Positions 9,835-17,091 of a stretch of DNA of 44,142 nt are shown here, in pieces. Location: positions 1 through 44,142 of IMG/VR virus record IMGVR_UViG_3300032212_000688; one strand, 5' to 3'. Origin of the DNA: a virus (taxonomy: Duplodnaviria; Caudoviricetes). The notes below the pieces were generated by a model, which ran no database searches, was not told where the DNA came from, and was given only the letters and a program-made list of their open reading frames with translations. The position numbers and the translations under genes are program-made. Each line of letters begins with the position of its first letter. The first letter of the stretch is position 1.

Positions 9835-10143
9835 TCAATCCAAAAGTTCTTCACTAGTCGCGCTCGAATATTGCGGGGTGTATGTTCCGCGACAGAAAAA
9901 GTTTCTATCACAAGCAGGACAAACGACTTCTTCCATTTCTTCTTGTAGTGCAATCCCGAAAAGATCATTGTTGCTATCAAGCATTTCATCATCGGTCATA
10001 GTGTGATTGCAGCGCGGGCACGTTGGTCGGCAGTCCGCACGCCTAACAACGGCAATTGAGTCAGACGCACTATCGAAGTGGCTGTTAATAAACTTTTTAT
10101 AACCCTCTGCTTCTTCGCTGTTGAAATCTCTTTGTTTGCTCAT
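9835..10143 (-). CDS. Cassette 3 zinc-ribbon protein starting inside attC-like site 3
   Basis: CPRC...CPAC; RBS GAGGAG and ATG lie within the attC arm. Confidence 0.65.
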   Translation of the reverse strand: MSKQRDFNSEEAEGYKKFINSHFDSASDSIAVVRRADCRPTCPRCNHTMTDDEMLDSNNDLFGIALQEEMEEVVCPACDRNFFCRGTYTPQYSSATSEELLD

Positions 10144-10171
10144 CGTGCGCTCCTCATTGCCAACGTTAGGT
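10041..10171 (+). repeat. attC-like site 3
   Basis: GCCTAAC-AACGG-CAATTGAG...CTCATTG-CCAAC-GTTAGGT. Confidence 0.85.
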
Positions 10172-10399
10172 GTTTAACCGTTTTACTTCGATCTCTTCAG
10201 AAAGATCATTAAATAAACTGTCATCGTCACGATAAACACAGTTGAAAACATCAACATTTATAGCAGCCTCATCAAACGATTCTTTCAGATCTTCGGCTTG
10301 CCAGTCTGGAAGTGATTCCAAAAGTCCGCTGATTGTGTCGGCCAAAGCATTCATGCTGCCGGTTGCACTGCGTCGCATGCCGTCGATGCTAACTTTCAT
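10166..10399 (-). CDS. Cassette 4 hypothetical protein
   Basis: Likely start MKVSIDG; stop lies in the core of attC-like site 3. Confidence 0.7.
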   Translation of the reverse strand: MKVSIDGMRRSATGSMNALADTISGLLESLPDWQAEDLKESFDEAAINVDVFNCVYRDDDSLFNDLSEEIEVKRLNT

Positions 10400-10598
10400 G
10401 AATGATCTCCTGAATATTAAAAACACCATCCTTATAAAAACCTCTGCACGTGTAATCACCATCTGGCACCCCTCGGTCAACGCCAATGACTGGTGTGGCT
10501 CCTCGCGGGACAAAATTAGGCGGGTATTTGCTAGGCTTTATAAGTTGGTGATTAAGCCAATCAACACCTAACAATTGCTTAGAAGGGCCTATGGTCAT
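10389..10598 (-). CDS. Hypothetical protein crossing the right boundary of the array
   Basis: Starts right after the upstream stop and overlaps the next start. Confidence 0.5.
   Translation of the reverse strand: MTIGPSKQLLGVDWLNHQLIKPSKYPPNFVPRGATPVIGVDRGVPDGDYTCRGFYKDGVFNIQEIIHES
10566..10590 (+). repeat. Truncated attC-like left arm (site 4)
   Basis: ACCTAAC-AATTG-CTTAGAAG; complementary to the cassette 4 core; no right arm found. Confidence 0.6.
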
Positions 10599-10601
10599 CG
10601 C

Positions 10602-10823
10602 TTACCCCTCCACACAAAACCCGCCAATCACATGACCATTAGCAGCCACCACCGTGCCAGTCTCTTTATCGTCATTGATCACGACAACAAGGCGACCACT
10701 GATCAAGGCCATTTTTTGCACCTGGTCGATAATGAATTTTTCCTCTATCACCTCCTGATCACTTTCAGATTCCCAATGCACCTTATGTGGTCCCACTTCA
10801 AAAAATAAAACTCTCATGATCAT
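10602..10823 (-). CDS. Hypothetical protein
   Basis: ORF in early-operon orientation. Confidence 0.6.
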   Translation of the reverse strand: MIMRVLFFEVGPHKVHWESESDQEVIEEKFIIDQVQKMALISGRLVVVINDDKETGTVVAANGHVIGGFCVEG

Positions 10824-10982
10824 CTAGCCCTCGTTTTGTATTTTTTTATACGATGAAACTTCTGGTTAAAATCCTGCATCGGAAAAATTCGCTCTCTGTC
10901 ACAAATCACATAGAACTGGCAAGTAGCCCTTACCTCTACTCGGGTAGATCCAGCGCCATAACACTCACCGATCACTGGTCGC

Positions 10983-11282
10983 TCACTCAACATTCAAAAC
11001 CTCACAGTCATAATTTCGGTCTGGCGTCAGCTCAACCAACACATCCGCATTAAAGAAAGTGCGCAGCTCATTAAAAAAGACATCCTTGGTCAGCAGCTCG
11101 GCCAGTTGTGGATAATATTTTTTTATCCGCTGCCACTCACCATTCCAGGCCTCCGGGTTTTCACGTGACAGCCGCGACAAATTGCGCCGCCGGCCGCCGT
11201 CTTTCTTTACCCCAACGCCTGAAATATCAAACCAATCGTCATACCAGGCCACCGCAACAAGTTTTGTGTTTTTCTTAAACAT
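10983..11282 (-). CDS. Hypothetical protein
   Basis: ORF in early-operon orientation. Confidence 0.55.
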   Translation of the reverse strand: MFKKNTKLVAVAWYDDWFDISGVGVKKDGGRRRNLSRLSRENPEAWNGEWQRIKKYYPQLAELLTKDVFFNELRTFFNADVLVELTPDRNYDCEVLNVE

Positions 11283-11473
11283 AAAGACGCAGTTATTCCA
11301 AAATCAACTTAACCAGACGGCGCCTATAAAGACTTTAAAGGCAGGTTGATCGTCTGATATTCATCAGGCGATTGCTCTTTACCTCGAAGGCATCGCACAA
11401 CCTCAGCAACAAACTCAATTGCACAAACCAAAATAATGCCCACCAACACACCAATCCAAAATGGAATATTCAT

Positions 11474-12091
11474 TTAACAAACCTCCCTGATTGCGGCTTC
11501 ATGGTTTTCTTTATCCGGCCGGGTATAAATCACCGTGCTTTCATAACTGCTATGGCCCAGTTCAATCATCACGCTGACACGCGGATCCTGAGCCTCACTC
11601 ACGGCCATAATTCGCTTGGCACAGGTGTGGCGTAACCAATGCGGCGACACCTTCTCAGCATTGCGAATGCCGGCCCCGATGGCCCACGCCTTAATCCTGA
11701 CTTGCATAGAGCGAATACTCATCCCCTGGCCCTTCTGGCCCATGATTAATGGCTGGCTTTGATCTTCATCAGACTTCATTGCCTTACGAATATTCAGCAG
11801 ATCCTTAATCGCCTTCTTGCGCTCTTTGGTCAGTGAAATGGAATGTGCTTTTTTACTGGTCTTGCGCCCCTTCAATGTTTCACCGCGGAAACTGATTCGA
11901 TCATGCTGCAGTGCATGCAGTGCATCACCAACAGTAAACAGCGCCATCGTCTCAACCCTGGCGCCAGTGCGCAGACCGAAACGAATCCAGGCATGATCTC
12001 GCTTGGCCAACACATCGCCATGCTTAGCGATATAGCGCAACAACTGCGCCTCTTCCTTGGCCGTGAAATACTTGTTAAACACCAGGATCAT
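11474..12091 (-). CDS. Tyrosine recombinase, catalytic domain only
   Basis: RTGAR, K, PHWLRHT, LGH, VIYT; 205 aa with no core-binding domain. Confidence 0.88.
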   Translation of the reverse strand: MILVFNKYFTAKEEAQLLRYIAKHGDVLAKRDHAWIRFGLRTGARVETMALFTVGDALHALQHDRISFRGETLKGRKTSKKAHSISLTKERKKAIKDLLNIRKAMKSDEDQSQPLIMGQKGQGMSIRSMQVRIKAWAIGAGIRNAEKVSPHWLRHTCAKRIMAVSEAQDPRVSVMIELGHSSYESTVIYTRPDKENHEAAIREVC

Positions 12092-12186
12092 TTAAACCGC
12101 TCCAAGTTAAATAAAAGTGCTCCACCGGTCCGGGTGGGGGTTGGCTGGGGGAAGCCAGGAGATATAGACCGGCAGAGCAAAACTTT

Positions 12187-12558
12187 TTAGCCCGCTTTTT
12201 TAATCCCCACAACGGGTATCACATCAACCCAGGCCTGCACTGGCTGACACTGCTCAGAAAATTCAATTGCCCTAACATGCACATGAAAATCCAGCTCTCT
12301 GGTCATTGCTGTAAGAGACGAATGAGATCGAAAAAAAACATGCCCCGCCTCATTAATCCCGCCAACGGCATGCTTTTGGGTGTCGTAATATTCAAGCTTT
12401 GGCTCATATACAATTTCACTCGCTCCATCGCGCTCAAGACGATGAAACATCAGCAAAAAATAACCATCACAAAACCGGTAAGGAAGCCCAGGTTCAAGCC
12501 TCATCCGCACACTGGTGCCTCTGTCTCTACGACCAAACGACTTAACATAACTACCCAT
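12187..12558 (-). CDS. Hypothetical protein
   Basis: GGAGG RBS; coupled ORF. Confidence 0.6.
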   Translation of the reverse strand: MGSYVKSFGRRDRGTSVRMRLEPGLPYRFCDGYFLLMFHRLERDGASEIVYEPKLEYYDTQKHAVGGINEAGHVFFRSHSSLTAMTRELDFHVHVRAIEFSEQCQPVQAWVDVIPVVGIKKAG

Positions 12559-12754
12559 GGCATTGCCTCCTATTGTTATTTTCCCCCTGACTCTCCAGGC
12601 GTAAGCGCGTCACAATTTCAAGGCAACGACGTGTTGCACTCCCAGCCAAAGCACTGCTGTATGACATTGATTTAACAAGCGCAGGCAGTGCCTTATACGT
12701 CTTAAACAGTTCGTCCTCATTTAGTTCCAGTGGTAGCTCGGGCTGTTGCATCAT
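12551..12754 (-). CDS. Hypothetical protein
   Basis: GGAGG RBS. Confidence 0.6.
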   Translation of the reverse strand: MMQQPELPLELNEDELFKTYKALPALVKSMSYSSALAGSATRRCLEIVTRLRLESQGENNNRRQCHG

Positions 12755-12980
12755 CCGCCTCCTTATTGAAACAACGTGCTTTCATTTCATCACCAAAAAA
12801 CAACCACAAGGCACCACCTACATCGAGCTGTTCACCTTTTTTCAAGTTGCTTTTAATGCCTTTAATGCCGCGCTTTTTTAATGCCGCTGGTATTTCCATT
12901 ACAGCGTTGCCATGAATTCCAAAGCGACCAATACAAGCGGGCTTACAATCAGCAGCACAGCAACAATCAACAACAGCCAT
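12717..12980 (-). CDS. Hypothetical protein
   Basis: ORF in operon orientation. Confidence 0.4.
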   Translation of the reverse strand: MAVVDCCCAADCKPACIGRFGIHGNAVMEIPAALKKRGIKGIKSNLKKGEQLDVGGALWLFFGDEMKARCFNKEADDATARATTGTK

Positions 12981-13035
12981 ATGGCACCATCGTCCAACGG
13001 TTCAGTGGGGGGTTGATCTAACCGGCGGCGGTGAC

Positions 13036-13572
13036 TCATTGCACCACTCCCAGTTTTGGCTGTTCGACAAACGGCTCGACACGATGCAAAAACTCCAGCC
13101 CACGCTGGTGGTCTTCGTATATCTCTCGCTTGATGGTGTTATAAATGTCTAGAGGAATTTCTCGGTGTTGCAGACCTTCGTGGATAGCCGCCATCGTCTC
13201 ACCGATATCCTTATGCCAGGCGGCATATGCCTCCAGCAACTCCATATCTGAAATGCCGGAAAAATCACCCAGTCGCACAAACACCCCACCCAGGCAAAGC
13301 GCCTCGGCCTCGATGATTCGATAATCCTTGGCCCGGCGCTGAACCAACACCGCCTCTTTAACGGTCAGGTGATGATTAGGGCAGCTCTTATAGTTGGCTT
13401 TGTTGTAAACAGTGCCGGACGTAACGCTAAGCAGGTCTGCAAATTCATCGACCCCAGTTTCATAAATCGAATCATTAGACGGCTGGTAATCAAGCACCAC
13501 GTCATGAATGGCTTGATCAACACCCTGGACAAGTCCCAGCCAGTTGCTGGCATTAGTATTTAGCGTATTCAT
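13036..13572 (-). CDS. Phage regulatory CII-like (YmfL/CP76-type) protein
   Basis: HHLTVKEA...LGGVFVRL pattern; position after the Cro-equivalent gene. Confidence 0.7.
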   Translation of the reverse strand: MNTLNTNASNWLGLVQGVDQAIHDVVLDYQPSNDSIYETGVDEFADLLSVTSGTVYNKANYKSCPNHHLTVKEAVLVQRRAKDYRIIEAEALCLGGVFVRLGDFSGISDMELLEAYAAWHKDIGETMAAIHEGLQHREIPLDIYNTIKREIYEDHQRGLEFLHRVEPFVEQPKLGVVQ

Positions 13573-13737
13573 GTGAATACAATTCCCCCGTTCACGTTTT
13601 TATGAACAGAGATACCGACTACACTTCGACCGTAATGATGTTTATCATTGCGAGCGAGGCAAAAAGACGATGCACAAAGTCGATACCTCAACCGACCGCA
13701 TGGGGGTTGCAGCCCCCGGCGGTCACCTTTTCAGCTA

Positions 13738-13914
13738 TTACGCAGCACCCTGCTGTTCGGCTTCGACGGCCTCAAGCCCTTTTTTAATCAACTTTCCCGC
13801 CATCTTTGAGATAGAGCGCTCCTCACGCTTAGCCATGCTCTCGACCTGGTTACGCAATAGCTGGGAAACAACGGACTGCAAAACGGTAGTTCCAGTTTTA
13901 GCTTTATTGGTCAT
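13738..13914 (-). CDS. Ribbon-helix-helix (Arc/CopG-like) regulator, Cro equivalent (58 aa); not in the ORF track
   Basis: VESMAKREERSISKMAGKLIKKGL; divergent from the repressor. Confidence 0.7.
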   Translation of the reverse strand: MTNKAKTGTTVLQSVVSQLLRNQVESMAKREERSISKMAGKLIKKGLEAVEAEQQGAA

Positions 13915-14007
13915 GTCTCACCTTGTTGGTTATTATTTGCTTTAACTAATTGTTAATAATAATTTATACGCGTTTTCGTGAATAGTCAAGATGGAATACA
14001 CATATTT

Positions 14008-14763
14008 ATGTATAAGAATTTCTTATCAAGATTGCTTTTTCTATTAGGTGATCGAAAAAAGTACCCATGGGGCTCTCATATAGGACTAGACCGCGGCATT
14101 ATTGAAAGGCTATTCAATGGCCAAGAAGCCAAAGGCGAAACCCTGGCCCATATCAGTCGCGCTGAAAACGCATCCATCACCTGGATGCTAGAAGGCAAAG
14201 GCAGCCCGTACCTGGTTGCCAGGTGCATTAACGACAACGAAGCAAGCAACTATTTAAATGGCTTGTTAGAGGAACAAGGCTGGACAGCCTATATATGCGA
14301 AACGTCAGGCCGCACCGCCCTGGTGTTAACGATGCCGGCATCGTTTAAAACTAAAAAAGAGGAGATCATCGATTATACCGTGGTCGAAATCATCACCAGC
14401 CCCGGCCCCAGCACCTTCAACCGCCTAAAGCAGGCAAACCTTAACAGCCAAAGCTTAAGTATGAATCATGACCAGTTCAACCGTCTTTGCACTGGCTGGA
14501 TGGGGCTTCAGGAGCTGTTAGGTTTACTGAAGACCGCGCAACAAATTAACAATGCTGATCTTACCTTGCTAATAAACGCCAACCCCGCGCCTACAGCTCC
14601 TTTAGACGACCCTCGACTCTGGCACATGCTGGATCTATACCGGGCCTTAACTGATACCGAGCGCGACGAGGTAATCGATTCAATCGAATTGATCGCCGCT
14701 AAAGCCCTAAACAACGACGTTATGAGAGGCATAGAACAGGGGAAAAAAGCCAGAAAAACTTAA
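14008..14763 (+). CDS. Putative CI-like HTH repressor
   Basis: N-terminal HTH ending ASITWMLEGKG; divergent from the early operon; no S24 peptidase motif recognised. Confidence 0.7.
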   Translation: MYKNFLSRLLFLLGDRKKYPWGSHIGLDRGIIERLFNGQEAKGETLAHISRAENASITWMLEGKGSPYLVARCINDNEASNYLNGLLEEQGWTAYICETSGRTALVLTMPASFKTKKEEIIDYTVVEIITSPGPSTFNRLKQANLNSQSLSMNHDQFNRLCTGWMGLQELLGLLKTAQQINNADLTLLINANPAPTAPLDDPRLWHMLDLYRALTDTERDEVIDSIELIAAKALNNDVMRGIEQGKKARKT

Positions 14764-14796
14764 CAAAACATTAAAAATATTATATATATAACACCT

Positions 14797-14854
14797 CATC
14801 AGCCATGATGCTGGTGACCTCAGGAAACTGATGAGTAGGGTCATGATGCTCTGC
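14797..14854 (+). promoter_or_regulatory. Twin hairpins with identical CAUGAU hexaloops (ANTAR-target-like)
   Basis: CATCAGC-CATGAT-GCTGGTG, 18-nt linker, GTAGGGT-CATGAT-GCTCTGC. Confidence 0.5.
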
Positions 14855-14917
14855 AAACAACACTGCCAAAACGCAGTCCAATAACTTAAAAAAAGCTAAT
14901 AAGCAATAAGGGTTATC

Positions 14918-15067
14918 ATGGGAAGTGTTGTGTACTTAAAACAACGTAACGAGTTAAATCGTGATTTAGTTTCAGCCGCGAAAAAGCGAGGCATTAAAAG
15001 CACCAGAGTTATTCAGCTGGCGCAAAAAATAAAGCAGGAACAAAATCTAAAACAACTTAAGCGTTAA
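14918..15067 (+). CDS. Small basic protein (49 aa, MGSVVYLKQR...); not in the ORF track
   Basis: AAGGG RBS-like sequence; open frame. Confidence 0.5.
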   Translation: MGSVVYLKQRNELNRDLVSAAKKRGIKSTRVIQLAQKIKQEQNLKQLKR

Positions 15068-15077
15068 ACAAAAGGCC

Positions 15078-15713
15078 CTAGTAAGGGCCTTTTTTCTTCC
15101 TGCGATCTATTCTTTTTCTTTGTTTGTTTTCACCAATCAAAAGCGGCGAATCACCCCGATAAAGTTGGACAACATGATTATGGCCATCGATGATATTACG
15201 GGCAATCTCTTCAAATTTCTTATTTGAATTACGCGCTTTCTTATGCATTAACGCATAGGCCTCATCTGTAGTGATATCATTACGAACACTCCACATTCCA
15301 CAGGCCTCGCGGATATCACCGTCTCTTTTCCGTTCCTGTAGTCGCCGGCGCTGCTGATCCAGTGAATTATCAACACTAAGGCGTAGTTGATCTAGTCGAA
15401 CAGGTTTTTTTAGACATTCAATCGTGCCGATTGCCCTTGCCTCAGCGAAATATTTATCGTCATTAAAGCCACTGATAAACATGATCGGCACACCACCACC
15501 ACGCAGCTCGATGCCCAGGTCAAAGCCAGAAAACTCCGGCATATCAATATCAAGTAATGCCAGATCGAAGTGAATATCATGACTGGCGGACAATGCCTCA
15601 CGCCCATCAGTGAATGGAAAAACATTGTAGCCCTTTGGTTTTAACCCCCTAACAATATAGTCAGTCACACCTTGGTCATCATCAACAACCAGTATATTTA
15701 CAGCCTCAGACAT
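15078..15713 (-). CDS. Response regulator with REC and ANTAR domains
   Basis: VVDDD, LLDIDMP, ISG, KKP; C-terminal IREACGMWS...EAYALMHKKARNSNKKFEEIARNII. Confidence 0.88.
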   Translation of the reverse strand: MSEAVNILVVDDDQGVTDYIVRGLKPKGYNVFPFTDGREALSASHDIHFDLALLDIDMPEFSGFDLGIELRGGGVPIMFISGFNDDKYFAEARAIGTIECLKKPVRLDQLRLSVDNSLDQQRRRLQERKRDGDIREACGMWSVRNDITTDEAYALMHKKARNSNKKFEEIARNIIDGHNHVVQLYRGDSPLLIGENKQRKRIDRRKKKGPY

Positions 15714-15796
15714 CCAAAAGCCCCTCTTAAAACCTACATATAAGATAGGGTTAATGTTAACATAGAACTACTCTAAATTAACATAAGGTAATATAC

Positions 15797-16129
15797 TTAC
15801 CAAAAATAGGCCCTTGCCTGCACTCCCACACCGTCATAAACATTCCAGTCATTGGCCTGAGTCACACAGCTGTGGTGTGTCCACTGAGCAACAATCTCAA
15901 CCTGTTTATTTTTCAGCAGCACATGCCCCAGCCCCATATTTGAAGTGTCACTTTTACCGTCATTACAAAACACGCTCACATTTTTATTGGTGCTCTGCAG
16001 TTGATAATCCACCCCCACAAAAGCATAAGGCGCCTCAGGAAACCATCGCAATGAATCAGTCGCCGACACGCTATCCCATGCGATCAGCATCAGGGCAATA
16101 GCGAATCTCGAGTGGTTTGCCAGAATCAT
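15797..16129 (-). CDS. Small exported/outer-membrane-like protein
   Basis: Hydrophobic N-terminus; beta-strand pattern; C-terminal aromatic residue (AYFW). Confidence 0.55.
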   Translation of the reverse strand: MILANHSRFAIALMLIAWDSVSATDSLRWFPEAPYAFVGVDYQLQSTNKNVSVFCNDGKSDTSNMGLGHVLLKNKQVEIVAQWTHHSCVTQANDWNVYDGVGVQARAYFW

Positions 16130-16196
16130 GACAATAGATTAATGCTGAAACACCTGCATGAAAACGTGAATAATAGAGCCATCCTCACAGTGTGAA

Positions 16197-17090
16197 TTAC
16201 ATACCAAATCCAACAAGATAAGCCGCAAAAATCAAAACTGAACCGCCACTAGAGTTACGGTAAAGTTCAAACCGACCGTCACTGTCAACCGGGATTTTTA
16301 CCATGCTGACATCATTCGTTTGTGCGCTACTGGGTGCATTTACATGATCAACCAGCTTCACTTCATCACCAGTTAAGCTTGAACCACTCCTTCTACCATG
16401 CAGAGAGCAGCTACTAAGCAGCGTTGCATGGGTTTCCTGTAACGTCACAATCCGAAGTTCCACCCACTTATAACCAGCTGTCAAATCCGTCAAAGCGATC
16501 CATTCCAAATCAGCTCCTGACCCCGTTGGCCCAACAGATGACCAGGTAGTAGGCAAAAGGCTGGAAATATTGAACGCTGGCATCGCCGAAAGATTGTCAT
16601 CGACATAAAACGCCGTTTTCTCATACCCTGCTACTGGGGGGCTAGACTCACCCCAAGGTGTAAATCTTAGCGGCACAATCATGCTATTGGTAATGACTGT
16701 CGTGCTGGCTATCAGCTGAAAATAAGCCAATGGCACACGCCCCGCGGTTACTGCGGGTTTAACCGGTGATGCGGCCTCTACACCAGTGACGATGTACGCC
16801 GTACCAGTGGCCGGATCCAGCTCGACAATATCAATTCTCGGATTAACCAGCGGCGCAACAACTGGCCCAATGATTTGCGCCGCCTGCTCAATGATGGTGG
16901 TGCCATCAAATTGCACGCCGCCATCTACAATCACATTCAAATCAGGCGTGGTGTTTTCATGCACAGCAAAGGCCGCGGCCAACTCGCTAACCACTTTCAC
17001 TGAGGCCTCTATGGCGTTTTTATAAGCCTCGGCATCATTCGATTGTGGCGCCTGGGTTCGATCCGGTTGTTCAAAGGTTGCAGTTCCCAT
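16197..17090 (-). CDS. Tail fibre / receptor-binding-associated protein
   Basis: Follows the tail-tip gene; PRIDIV...PAVTAGRVPLAY motif of fibre N-termini. Confidence 0.6.
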   Translation of the reverse strand: MGTATFEQPDRTQAPQSNDAEAYKNAIEASVKVVSELAAAFAVHENTTPDLNVIVDGGVQFDGTTIIEQAAQIIGPVVAPLVNPRIDIVELDPATGTAYIVTGVEAASPVKPAVTAGRVPLAYFQLIASTTVITNSMIVPLRFTPWGESSPPVAGYEKTAFYVDDNLSAMPAFNISSLLPTTWSSVGPTGSGADLEWIALTDLTAGYKWVELRIVTLQETHATLLSSCSLHGRRSGSSLTGDEVKLVDHVNAPSSAQTNDVSMVKIPVDSDGRFELYRNSSGGSVLIFAAYLVGFGM

Positions 17091-17091
17091 C

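Noticed and set aside
8499-10171. CRISPR array or simple terminators
   Set aside because: The repeats are non-identical long hairpins separated by gene-sized units; there are no cas genes or U-tracts
14821-14860. Hammerhead ribozyme (CUGAUGA plus stem)
   Set aside because: The stem is followed by AAAC rather than GAAAC, and stems I and III cannot be formed
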